Below, in pieces: positions 27,422 through 36,371 of a stretch of 63,638 bases of DNA. A model generated the notes under the pieces. The model was given only the letters and a program-made list of their open reading frames with translations. It was not told the origin of the DNA and made no database searches. The stretch is from assembly GCA_018901655.1 (NCBI GenBank), contig JAHIEG010000001.1:1-63638 (forward strand), given 5' to 3'. The stretch is from Nanobdellota archaeon (GTDB taxonomy: Archaea; Aenigmatarchaeota; Aenigmatarchaeia; Aenigmatarchaeales; Aenigmatarchaeaceae). The position numbers were made by a program, and so were the translations under genes. Every line of letters begins with the position of its first letter. Within the stretch, counting starts at the first letter, position 1.

Positions 27422-28504
27422 TTAGATAATATCAATATGATGTTTAAGCTTTCTATGTTCTGGAACAATATGTAAATTATTAAGTTCATCTGTAAATTGT
27501 ATTTCTCCCCAAAGAATAAATTGATTCGGAGTTGTTATTGTTTGACAATTGTCTCCATTAATATCACAAGATTCTCGTGTACTCTCTTTTTCAACCGTAT
27601 TATCACATAAAACATTAAATGTTAATATTTCCGTTGTATATGGAATTAAACTACTTTCTCTTCCTATTATCGTATTTTCAGTAGAATCAAAAGTTACTTG
27701 ACATACTTCTTCAACATCATTAGCAAACGCGGTTCTTATATCAGCATTTAATATTTTGTAAGTAATATCATTGAATTGATAATTTTCAAGTTGAATTCCT
27801 ATTTCTGTTGTTTCTCCTATGTTGATAATTGTTGATATTATTCTTTGAGCTGGTGCAGTAGCAGGGTCATCATCTGTATCCTCACTACCTTCTACATTTG
27901 TTAATTCGTTTATTTTCAAGTCGTCTTTATGAACTGGTTTACAAACTTCTTCTTTGTAACTTATTATATCAGAATATCCATTCTCTCCGTTAAGTCGTGC
28001 GTTGGACCATAACTCTATATCTTCGCTAGTTTTTAAAAAACTAAACACATAATCTTTTCCAATAATTGAATCAAGATCAATAGTGCATTTTACCATGTAA
28101 AGAAAACTATCACCAAACTTTTCTGTTTCAAGACATAATTCAGAGAAACTAAACATATTGTAAACCTGTTCTTCACATTCTACAGTAGTCATTCCGCTTT
28201 CAAGACATGACATATACTCTTCACGTACAATAAAATCTTGTTCAAGCGGCTCATTTACATCTAATCTAACTGAAACTCTTTCAGTATTTTTTTCACAGTT
28301 CAGGATTGTAGTATCTACCTCTAAAATTATCTCATCTGTTAAGTAAGTATAATCGATAAGTTTTCCATAAAAATTATATTCTATCGCATTCATAGTCATT
28401 TCTGTTCCTGTATTTCCACCTCTTCCTGTGCTTTGTTCTTCAACACAACCACTGATTAACACTATAGAAATTAGAACAAGTGTTAATAAAATTTGTTTTT
28501 TCAT
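27422..28504 (-). CDS. Putative lipoprotein / secreted surface protein
   Basis: MKKQILLTLVLISIVLISGCVEE, an archaeal lipobox-like signal; acidic and Cys-containing. Confidence 0.75.
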   Translation of the reverse strand: MKKQILLTLVLISIVLISGCVEEQSTGRGGNTGTEMTMNAIEYNFYGKLIDYTYLTDEIILEVDTTILNCEKNTERVSVRLDVNEPLEQDFIVREEYMSCLESGMTTVECEEQVYNMFSFSELCLETEKFGDSFLYMVKCTIDLDSIIGKDYVFSFLKTSEDIELWSNARLNGENGYSDIISYKEEVCKPVHKDDLKINELTNVEGSEDTDDDPATAPAQRIISTIINIGETTEIGIQLENYQFNDITYKILNADIRTAFANDVEEVCQVTFDSTENTIIGRESSLIPYTTEILTFNVLCDNTVEKESTRESCDINGDNCQTITTPNQFILWGEIQFTDELNNLHIVPEHRKLKHHIDII

Positions 28505-30360
28505 CCAAACCAACTGAACATGCCCTTAGCACTATTTTCTTTTTTTTCAGCTTTCTTAAGTATCTCTCCTGCCTGCTCTTGCAATGATTCGGCTTGTTCT
28601 ACTAAAATAGATTTAGCTGGTTCATCAACTTGTTTAGAAATCTCTAATAATAAATCTGCAGTTTTTATTAATCTTTGTCCCTGACTTTTTAAAAATTCAG
28701 CATCTTCTTTTTCTTGTTCTACAACCATTCCGAAGAACCATTTAAACCTATAGCCAAATCCTCTTTCATCGATTTCTTTTTCAAAAGTATCTGTATCTGT
28801 ACTAACCTTTAATATTTCTTCCTGAACTGTTTCAATTTCTACGGCTTTTTCCCCAACTACTTTTGATTTAATTGTTTCTAACTGTTTAACTCTTGCAACA
28901 GCAACTTCATCTACTTGTAGAGTCTGTCCAGTATAACTAACTCGTAATGTCGCATATTTCCAGCTATCATCTATTGATATAAAATTTATTACAGCACCAA
29001 ATACGGGTTTTGCTTCTGTAAGAGGTAATGTTATTGTTTCTGATTTATCTTCAAACAATACTTCAAGTTTGATTGTTTGTTCGTATTTACTTATTCCCCA
29101 AAGATAAATTTTCAATGGATTATTATTCTTATCTAAATAATCTACTATTTTAACTGGCTGTCTTTCCTGCAATTTGAACATTTCTCCCAATTCTGCATAT
29201 GTCCCATAAATAGTTTCTTCCGAACCGATTGGTTCTATTATAACGCCTTCACTTTCTTCTTCTACAGGTGTTATTTCACTTTCTTCTTCAATTAATGAAT
29301 TACTTGGAGTTTGTACTCTCAAACTCACACGATCTTTACTTCCAAAAGGAGGATTTAAATCATAGAAAATAGAATCTATAGTAATAAACATTGTATTTTT
29401 GCCAGAAAGAACACTCTTTGGTTCTGTTGTGCTAACCCAATATTCTAATACAACATTTGTATCGGGATCAATTGCCTTTATCTTTGCTGTTTCTCCACTA
29501 ACTTCAGAAATCATAAAACGATTGCCACTATAATCATACAAATATTCCATCATTGGTGCCTGATAATAATTATAAACATAACAATTTTCATATACTGGAC
29601 CGTCTTCTGCTGAGCACTGATCAACTTTACTTTTAAGAAGACAAACTTGATAAGCACTTTTTATACAAGTATATTCATTTTGACAAATTACCCCATCACA
29701 AACTTCATTAGGGATCATTGTTATAGATGTAGAAAGCATGTTATTAGCTTCATTTGTTTCAATTACTTGATTTTGTGGATCAACAGTTGCAATAATATCT
29801 ATTGTTCTTACTGTTTTCAATGAGCTACCGTCAGACAAATATCCATAACCTGTTTCTGTACATGTTTCTCCTGGTAAAAGTTCTGTACTACCACATACAT
29901 TATCAACATAAACGCTCAATTGTGGTATCTGTGGATTTATTCCAAATGTTTGTGTTGCCGCGCTTCCAACATTACTAACTTTTATATAATAATATATTTT
30001 TTTAGGATTATCGTTGTTATCAAATGTATATGTTATTTTTTCAACCTTCAAATCAGCTGCTGTAGTATTTTCAACACATACTGCATCTTGACAATTACAC
30101 TGAGTAAATTCAATCCAATAATATGGGTCTCCTCCTGCAACAGTTCCACAAAAATAATGCAAAAATCCATATTCTCCAGAACCACTACTATATCCACACT
30201 TATCAGTCAGTGTTTTTACATAACCATCATCATAAGAAACCGTTATTGATTTTTCTGACTCTACACAGCTGGTTATTTCTTGAGCAAATACAGAAACGGA
30301 ACTTAACGATATCAAAATCGTTACTATTATAAAACAAATCATTAAATTATTTATTCTCAT
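28501..30360 (-). CDS. Secreted surface protein with a CARDB (Ig-like) domain and C-terminal coiled coil
   Basis: Signal peptide ending VFAQ; ADLKVEKI...VSNVG...TVDPQNQVIETNEANN. Confidence 0.8.
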   Translation of the reverse strand: MRINNLMICFIIVTILISLSSVSVFAQEITSCVESEKSITVSYDDGYVKTLTDKCGYSSGSGEYGFLHYFCGTVAGGDPYYWIEFTQCNCQDAVCVENTTAADLKVEKITYTFDNNDNPKKIYYYIKVSNVGSAATQTFGINPQIPQLSVYVDNVCGSTELLPGETCTETGYGYLSDGSSLKTVRTIDIIATVDPQNQVIETNEANNMLSTSITMIPNEVCDGVICQNEYTCIKSAYQVCLLKSKVDQCSAEDGPVYENCYVYNYYQAPMMEYLYDYSGNRFMISEVSGETAKIKAIDPDTNVVLEYWVSTTEPKSVLSGKNTMFITIDSIFYDLNPPFGSKDRVSLRVQTPSNSLIEEESEITPVEEESEGVIIEPIGSEETIYGTYAELGEMFKLQERQPVKIVDYLDKNNNPLKIYLWGISKYEQTIKLEVLFEDKSETITLPLTEAKPVFGAVINFISIDDSWKYATLRVSYTGQTLQVDEVAVARVKQLETIKSKVVGEKAVEIETVQEEILKVSTDTDTFEKEIDERGFGYRFKWFFGMVVEQEKEDAEFLKSQGQRLIKTADLLLEISKQVDEPAKSILVEQAESLQEQAGEILKKAEKKENSAKGMFSWFG

Positions 30361-30458
30361 AATTAAAATGCTATTTCTATGCTTATATAAACTTCTATTT
30401 AGTTCGGTCAAAACCTAACCAATCTTAATTTTATAAACATTACTCTATAATTCTATTC

Positions 30459-30953
30459 ATGGAAATAGATAAGAAAACAATTAAGCTATTATCATCAGAT
30501 ACCAGAGTAAATATTTTAAAAAGTCTATCAAGAAGAAGAAAAACATTAACTGAGTTAGCTTCTGAGTTTGATTTAGCTAAATCTACTATTACTGAACATC
30601 TAAGTAAATTAGAAGAATCAAATCTAATCATAAAACAAGAAACTGGAAGAAAATGGATTTATTATGAACTATCTTCAAAGGGTGAAAAATTAATAAAACC
30701 TAAAACTCCAACACCGTTCGTAATTTTACTAACATTAGGAATCATAATCATAATATTTGGATCAATGAGTTTAGGAATAATGGACTCAGGTTCTTCTCAA
30801 TTTCAATCAGCTGAAACAACAGCAAAACCATCTATAGACGGAATAGTACACGAAGAAGTTAATCAATTTAATCCTTTACCTATTAGTTTGGTTGTATTAG
30901 GTTTAATTGTTGTAGTATTTAGTGTGTATAAAATTAAAAAATTAAAATCTTAA
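30459..30953 (+). CDS. ArsR-type wHTH regulator with two C-terminal TM helices
   Basis: LSSDTRVNILKSL...TLTELASEFDLAKSTITEHLSKLEE..GRKWIYYEL, then two hydrophobic segments. Confidence 0.88.
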   Translation: MEIDKKTIKLLSSDTRVNILKSLSRRRKTLTELASEFDLAKSTITEHLSKLEESNLIIKQETGRKWIYYELSSKGEKLIKPKTPTPFVILLTLGIIIIIFGSMSLGIMDSGSSQFQSAETTAKPSIDGIVHEEVNQFNPLPISLVVLGLIVVVFSVYKIKKLKS

Positions 30954-30959
30954 TTTTGA

Positions 30960-30997
30960 TGAACTCAGGGTAATGTTACTAAAAGGTGTGGTGGACT
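30960..30997 (-). repeat. tRNA-Ala 3'-end-derived repeat R2
   Basis: tgaactcagggtaatgttactaaaaggtgtggtggact; 34/38 identical to 32633-32670. Confidence 0.85.
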
Positions 30998-31112
30998 TAA
31001 TTAACAGCCACATAATCTTTTACAACATTGTTCTATTTCTGCGTCTGCTCTAACCATTTCTTCTTTTAATCACATTATATCTAATTCTTAATTGTTCTTA
31101 AATAACCCGTAT

Positions 31113-31200
31113 ACTCACAGTTTACTATATATGATAAATGTTATACTATAAGTTCATTATATATAGTAAATGTTTATCTATTTTGTTATAAACTGTGAGT
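31113..31200. promoter_or_regulatory. Nested inverted repeats upstream of the toxin-antitoxin-like pair
   Basis: actcacagttta (31113-31124)/taaactgtgagt (31189-31200), 12 bp perfect; tttactatata (31121-31131)/tatatagtaaa (31160-31170), 11 bp perfect. Confidence 0.6.
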
Positions 31201-31281
31201 TTACATGTATAAATTCGTAGTTTATTACTACTGCAGTAATAAAAGCATAACTTTATATATTATTACCGCTATAGTAATATT

Positions 31282-31896
31282 ATGAAGTACTATGAATTAT
31301 GGATCATTATGTGGAGATGGAAAAAAGAGTTTTCTGTAAAGGAATTTATATCAACTTTTCAGACACCTAGTCCAAATAAGACATTATTTGATATGACTAA
31401 GAAAGGATTTATAGAAAAAACAGAGAGAGGAAACTATAAGGTGGTTTCTCCTGAACAATTATTTAAAAACAGGGTAAATATATCAAAATTTTATGATTTT
31501 TTAAAACAGATTAAGTTAAAATATAGCTTAACAGGCCAGGATGCAGTGTTCTTATGGACTAAAGGCGGATATCAGGTAGGCAGATTCTTTGGCTTTTATC
31601 CTGTTTACGTAAAAGTTTTACAATCAGATTTGAACAAATGGAAAGAATTATTAAAAACTAATAATATGAGTTATCATGTACAGGGAAACGAATTAAAAGA
31701 AACATATTTTGGAGCGTTTTATATGTTAATTCCTGAAGAAGATTTCAAAACAGAAATAGCAGATAATTTCTCAGTCGATCCGTTGAAAGAAACTATAAAA
31801 TTCTGCAAAGATAACATATATCAATACGAACCTGCGTTGGAAATGTTAAACGAGATGTATAACTTAGGTATGGAAGTGAGGTACAGAGAAGTATGA
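31282..31896 (+). CDS. Putative AbiEi-like antitoxin / wHTH transcriptional regulator
   Basis: N-terminal wHTH (LFDMTKKGFIEKTERGNY); ATGA overlap with the nucleotidyltransferase gene. Confidence 0.6.
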   Translation: MKYYELWIIMWRWKKEFSVKEFISTFQTPSPNKTLFDMTKKGFIEKTERGNYKVVSPEQLFKNRVNISKFYDFLKQIKLKYSLTGQDAVFLWTKGGYQVGRFFGFYPVYVKVLQSDLNKWKELLKTNNMSYHVQGNELKETYFGAFYMLIPEEDFKTEIADNFSVDPLKETIKFCKDNIYQYEPALEMLNEMYNLGMEVRYREV

Positions 31897-32600
31897 AATT
31901 TGTTGAAAGAGAAAATGAGATTATAGAAATAATAAGAAAATTATCAGATTTTAAAATGGTAGTAGTTGGTGGTTATGCTGTTTCAGCTAGAGCTAAGCAT
32001 AGATTTTCTGTTGATTGCGATATTGTTATTCCTAAAGATGAATTGGAGAAAATAGTTGAACTAGTGAAAAAAGAAGAATTTGAAAAAACAATAATTAAAG
32101 ATAATCTTGATAATGAATATGGTGGAGAATTTATCAGATATGTAAAGAAAATAGAAGACCTTCCTGTTAGTGTTGATATATTAGTTAGTTCTTTGGTTTG
32201 TAGAACAACAAGTGCTTCCTGGAGTTTTGATTATATTCTTAAAAATTCAGATAAAATAATTATAGCTGGAATAGAGAGTTCTGTTGAATGTATGGTTCCA
32301 AATAAAGAATTATTATTGGCCTTTAAGATCCACTCTGCTAGAAAAACTGATCTAAGAGATATTATTATGTTAAAAGACGCTAATTGGAATGCTGTTAAAG
32401 ATCATCTAAACAGAGGGGATTCAGATGTTTTGAAAAAACAAATTGGATCCATGATCAAGGAATTGGACAGCGAATATCTGGCTGATTCATTAAAAGGAGT
32501 ATTTCAGTTAAAAGAAGATGTTGAGAAAATAATAAAGGATACCAAAAAGAAATTAACTGGTTTATTAAATAAAATAGGTGTTAATGATGAGCGAAACTAA
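31893..32600 (+). CDS. Nucleotidyltransferase, AbiEii/type IV TA toxin-like
   Basis: VVVGGYAV...RFSVDCDIVI; FKIHSAR.TD.RDI. Confidence 0.75.
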   Translation: MKFVERENEIIEIIRKLSDFKMVVVGGYAVSARAKHRFSVDCDIVIPKDELEKIVELVKKEEFEKTIIKDNLDNEYGGEFIRYVKKIEDLPVSVDILVSSLVCRTTSASWSFDYILKNSDKIIIAGIESSVECMVPNKELLLAFKIHSARKTDLRDIIMLKDANWNAVKDHLNRGDSDVLKKQIGSMIKELDSEYLADSLKGVFQLKEDVEKIIKDTKKKLTGLLNKIGVNDERN

Positions 32601-32670
32601 ATGGTGTGGGTGAACTGAGTAAATATACTAAGTGGACTCAGGGTAATGTTACTAAATGGTGAGGAGGACT
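32596..32670 (-). repeat. tRNA-Ala 3'-end-derived repeat R3 (tandem degenerate units)
   Basis: taagtggactcaggg (32629-32643) is 15/15 identical to 33480-33494; actaaatggtg occurs twice. Confidence 0.85.
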
Positions 32671-32681
32671 AAACGCGATAT

Positions 32682-33428
32682 TCAGCAAGGATATTCGTTA
32701 CAATAATTTTCTATCATTTCTCTACAAGGTGGTGTAGAAGTGTCTTCGGTTATCATATCACAAATTTCTAAAGCTCTTGCTTCATCTGACCTCCTTGCTA
32801 TTACAGCGATATTGTGAAAACACATATCTTTTGCTTTTGTAATTAATTCATTACAAAAATTTACACCTGCTTCTACATCAGTTTCAGCCATTTTTGTACC
32901 TATTTCCTGTAAACAATTCTCTTTTGGATATCCTTCAAAATAATTATTGCAGACATTCTCTGCTTCATCGAAATTATTATTAGTTATCGCTGTTTGTGCT
33001 TTTTGTTTAATACACGAATTTGCTAGACTTTCATCAGATATCATATTACAAATTTCAATAGCTTTATCTAAACCATCATTAATATATGCTACACCTGAAG
33101 CTTGCATATAACAATCTGGGCATATGTCTAAAATTTCTCCCCAGGTTTCAGGATTTTTACAATCAGGAACTTCTACTTGTTCTCCTTGTATTGAAGTATA
33201 GCATTTTTTCTCAGATGTTACTATACCAGAGCAATATATATGTGTACCACAATCCAAGCAACCAACTGGATAATAATCAAATTTGAAACCTATGCAGCCA
33301 TATTCTGTTCGTTGAATATGCGGTGGACCAGGACAGAAACCGCAGGTACCACCAGCATCTTTAGGATAGAAAAATGCTATTAGAGGTATAAGAATTATTA
33401 TTATTAAAATTAAAATCAGTTTATTCAT
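32682..33428 (-). CDS. N-terminally anchored Cys-rich surface protein with helical repeats
   Basis: Hydrophobic N-terminus, CGFCP and CLDC motifs, repeating A..ICN.I......C units. Confidence 0.75.
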   Translation of the reverse strand: MNKLILILIIIILIPLIAFFYPKDAGGTCGFCPGPPHIQRTEYGCIGFKFDYYPVGCLDCGTHIYCSGIVTSEKKCYTSIQGEQVEVPDCKNPETWGEILDICPDCYMQASGVAYINDGLDKAIEICNMISDESLANSCIKQKAQTAITNNNFDEAENVCNNYFEGYPKENCLQEIGTKMAETDVEAGVNFCNELITKAKDMCFHNIAVIARRSDEARALEICDMITEDTSTPPCREMIENYCNEYPC

Positions 33429-33458
33429 AACAATAATTAGTAGAACTGTCTTATAAAA
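33424..33458 (-). promoter_or_regulatory. Leaderless promoter element C3, shared with two pilin-like genes
   Basis: ttcataacaataattagtagaactgtcttataaaa resembles 34823-34861 and 43024-43062. Confidence 0.55.
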
Positions 33459-33483
33459 TTAGGGGATTTGTACAAAAAGTAAG

Positions 33484-33610
33484 TGGACTCAGGGGGATTT
33501 TCACTCAATGTAAATTATACTATCAAGATTTGAACCCCCAACCCCTCGCTGTTCTGAAAACAAATTGTTTCTTGCAAAGCGAGTGCTCTACCAGGTTGAG
33601 CCATGAGCCC
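33484..33610 (-). tRNA. tRNA-Ala(UGC) with introns at 37/38 (33551-33572, 22 nt) and 59/60 (33498-33528, 31 nt)
   Basis: Spliced GGGCTCATGGCTCAACCTGGTAGAGCACTCGCTTTGCAAGCGAGGGGTTGGGGGTTCAAATCCCCCTGAGTCCA; G3:U70; both introns form BHBs (TTTG/CAGA and TTCA/TGAA). Confidence 0.93.
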
Positions 33611-33682
33611 GGTATAAGTAATTATAAGATAATAGAATTTAAAGCTTTGGGTAAAAAGAAGAAAGGGCTGTTGACCCTAAAA

Positions 33683-33994
33683 TTATTTTTTGCTTAAAAC
33701 AATCTCTATACTAGAGACATTTAGTTTCTCGCCTTGATCGTTTGATACTTGTTCTGTACCTATGGTTACGTTTTTAATTATTGTATCTGTTACAAACTTG
33801 TTTCTAACTATTTCAGCTATATCGACAGCATGAGAAATTGCTCTTCCCCTCGCTCTTAATAGCACTTCTTTTTGTCCCTCGTTAAACTGTGTTACGCACG
33901 CTAGTACGTAGGACATTGCCGGTATAAAGATAAGTAAAATAAACAACTTTACTTAATTCTTCCCGACAAAGACCACATTGTCCATATCTGTCAT
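33683..33994 (-). CDS. albA: DNA/RNA-binding protein Alba, spliced: join(33957..33994, 33683..33923), 92 aa
   Basis: SD gaggtg before ATG 33994; spliced [29 protein letters not shown]...[23 protein letters not shown]. Confidence 0.92.
33924..33956 (-). other. 33-nt BHB-type intron in alba mRNA
   Basis: TTAAGTAAAGTTGTTTATTTTACTTATCTTTAT; 7-bp exon helix, 4-bp central helix, AUA and AAU bulges, 9-bp intron stem; contains an in-frame TAA. Confidence 0.85.
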
Positions 33995-34064
33995 ACTACC
34001 ACCTCGAACTGATTATTTACAACCACAAAGATCTTTACATTCTGCTTCCGACCTTATTTTATAT

Positions 34065-34487
34065 TTAACAACCACATAGTGCTGCACAATTTGCTTCTGT
34101 ATTAATATTGTAATAATTGTAACATAGTGCTGCTAAATTGTCGTTATCTACTGCGTCGTCTAAATTGCTCTTTGTCCATATTGTCGCTGTTTGCCAACCA
34201 GTTCCTGGATCAAGGCCATTGGTTCCTGATGTTGTAGCTGTTTCTTCTACTGCATCTTTGTCTGCATCAAAATTTGTTATCATTATTTGATTCGTTGATT
34301 TAGTACAACCTCCTCCAACTAGTTGAGAACAAGCAGCACTTTTTGCATCTCCAGATGCTGATGTAAACGCATCTTGATTAAATCCTGCTAAAAACAAAGC
34401 TACAACTCCTAAGAGTACGATTACAGATACTGCTACGACCACTAAAAGGTTTATTGGTAATTCCATTCCTTTCATTTTTTTTGTCAT
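34065..34487 (-). CDS. Type IV pilin-like protein (class III signal peptide)
   Basis: MTKKMKG|MELPINLLVVVAVSVIVLLGVV; Cys pairs in the head domain. Confidence 0.85.
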   Translation of the reverse strand: MTKKMKGMELPINLLVVVAVSVIVLLGVVALFLAGFNQDAFTSASGDAKSAACSQLVGGGCTKSTNQIMITNFDADKDAVEETATTSGTNGLDPGTGWQTATIWTKSNLDDAVDNDNLAALCYNYYNINTEANCAALCGC

Positions 34488-34509
34488 TTTTTATCACCTA
34501 TGAATATAA

Positions 34510-34830
34510 TTAGCAATTACATATTTCAATTCCTGTTTGATCACTATTAAAACAATAAGTTATTAATTCATCAAGATGGTCTGTTACTTTATCTCCTTCT
34601 TCTTGACCACATTTAACTTCATTTATTGTTATATCAGCTGCAGTTACATCACCTGTACAACCATTTAATGAAATGAATTTTTGACATCCGCTGTTTTTAG
34701 CTGCATCTAATTGTAATCCAGATGAACTTTGACCAAATACGTTTGTAAACATTGCTAAACTTGCTATAAGAACTACTATAGCTATTAGAAGTATAATAAG
34801 CATGTTGATTGGTAAACTTGAACCTTTCAT
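34510..34830 (-). CDS. Type IV pilin-like protein
   Basis: MKG|SSLPINMLIILLIAIVVL; AAKNSGCQK resembles AKSAACSQ of the neighbouring gene. Confidence 0.85.
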   Translation of the reverse strand: MKGSSLPINMLIILLIAIVVLIASLAMFTNVFGQSSSGLQLDAAKNSGCQKFISLNGCTGDVTAADITINEVKCGQEEGDKVTDHLDELITYCFNSDQTGIEICNC

Positions 34831-34861
34831 AACAATAATTAAGTAGAACCGATATATAAAA
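34823..34861 (-). promoter_or_regulatory. Leaderless promoter element C1
   Basis: 37/39 identical to 43024-43062; TATA about 25 nt upstream of the ATG. Confidence 0.7.
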
Positions 34862-34900
34862 GCTATGTAACTATGTGTTTTTTACCAATGTTCTTTATGA

Positions 34901-36370
34901 TTAAGTGGTAGCTGTTTCTACTGTACACGTTGAAGAGCACCCATCTCCATCAACATTATTTCCATCATCACACCTTTCTCCTATTTCTTTAATATTGTTT
35001 CCACATATAGTAACAGATTTAGTTTTTTCATTATTGTTTTCATCTGTTTCTAAAAATTCTCCTGAAGGAAGTGATGTAGAGGTAGGATCTACAATTATTT
35101 TAACAGTTCCACTTTGAGAAACATCGGCACAGGCATCAAATTTATTTTCTCCTTGGGCAGCTATGTATGAAATTATACCACCACATAGTTTAGTAGATCC
35201 CAAATACATATCATATTTAACATCAGATACTTCTAAATTTCCATTATTTTTAACAGTAAACTTTACAGATATTGGATCGTTAATTCCGATTAGTTCTATA
35301 TCAACCGCTTCTAAATCATAATATTTTAATTCAGCTTTGATTGGTTTTAAATTAAATTTTAATCTTAATTGATCAGTTGGCGAATCGCCAACTTCTCTTT
35401 CTTCGCTTGATAGATATATATTGGATTCGGTATCTGTTATTATTACTTTAGGATTTATTGTAAATATATTTGCATTCTTTGAAACAGTTCCTTTAGTTAT
35501 AAATACATTTATATTTTCAGAGCTTAAATCAGAGTTTAATGAATTAGTTGTACCGTTTAAGATTGCATCTATTCTGAAATTTATTTCATTTAGATCATTG
35601 TTTGTAATTGTTCCAATTCCAGGATTTGATTTATAACCACATAAAATAGCAACCTTTACAATGTTTTTAATATTGGCATATGTAAATCCTGAAACGCTTG
35701 TATCATCTATAGCATCAAAGAATTCTATAGAACTACATTCGGAAATATGACTTGTTACACTAAACGTTGAATCACTAGGAGTAAACCATAGAGAGTTTAT
35801 AGAATATTGTTCTTTATCAATTAGTGCTCTTCCTTGAGTTGCTAATCTAAAATAAGATAAAACAATTGTTTCATCAATTATTATTTCTGACTTTGAAGTT
35901 GATTCAAGTATAGAATTGGTAATTTTTATTTCTTTTTTTCCACTTACAATAAAATTAGTTTCATAATCTTCTAATTCTAAAACATCTACATCGTTTCCAC
36001 CTAAATCTTTTATATTATTAAATTCAATACGTCTATTTCCATCTATAACAGTTTTCGTTAGTCTATTGTTTATATCATTTTTTAAATTTATTTTAATATC
36101 GTCTAATGTAGGAGAACTTTCACTCCACTCATCGTTTCCACATCCAGTGGCTCCCATATAATAGGTTGAATATCTTAACATGTAAGGAATTGATTCTACA
36201 TATAATTTTCTATAAAGTTGAACATCATTTGCAAAACTTACTATTTTTCCAGAATTTATTGCCTGTCCTGTTTGTACTGGTTCAGCTTGTGTCATATATA
36301 TTACAACAAATGTAGCAACTAGACACATTCCTAATATCCCACCCCATGCTAATGCTAATCCTTTTTTCAT
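34901..36370 (-). CDS. Large pilin-like/adhesin protein with CARDB and a C-terminal DUF4215-like Cys-rich repeat
   Basis: MKKG|LAL...; IVDP...ETDENNN; CGNNIKEIGERCDDGNNVDGDGCSSTC. Confidence 0.75.
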   Translation of the reverse strand: MKKGLALAWGGILGMCLVATFVVIYMTQAEPVQTGQAINSGKIVSFANDVQLYRKLYVESIPYMLRYSTYYMGATGCGNDEWSESSPTLDDIKINLKNDINNRLTKTVIDGNRRIEFNNIKDLGGNDVDVLELEDYETNFIVSGKKEIKITNSILESTSKSEIIIDETIVLSYFRLATQGRALIDKEQYSINSLWFTPSDSTFSVTSHISECSSIEFFDAIDDTSVSGFTYANIKNIVKVAILCGYKSNPGIGTITNNDLNEINFRIDAILNGTTNSLNSDLSSENINVFITKGTVSKNANIFTINPKVIITDTESNIYLSSEEREVGDSPTDQLRLKFNLKPIKAELKYYDLEAVDIELIGINDPISVKFTVKNNGNLEVSDVKYDMYLGSTKLCGGIISYIAAQGENKFDACADVSQSGTVKIIVDPTSTSLPSGEFLETDENNNEKTKSVTICGNNIKEIGERCDDGNNVDGDGCSSTCTVETATT

Positions 36371-36371
36371 A

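Noticed and set aside
31001-31060. Short minus-strand frame MVRADAEIEQCCKDYVAVN next to repeat R2
   Set aside because: 19 aa with no recognisable motif; at most a gene remnant.
27378-33500. Repeats R1-R3 as a CRISPR array
   Set aside because: Spacing is kilobases, units are degenerate and match the tRNA-Ala 3' end, and no cas genes are present.
33683-33946. ORF-track Alba start (MFILLIFIP...)
   Set aside because: The N-terminus derives from the intron and lacks the conserved NVVFVGKKP; the real start is the ATG at 33994 with an SD.
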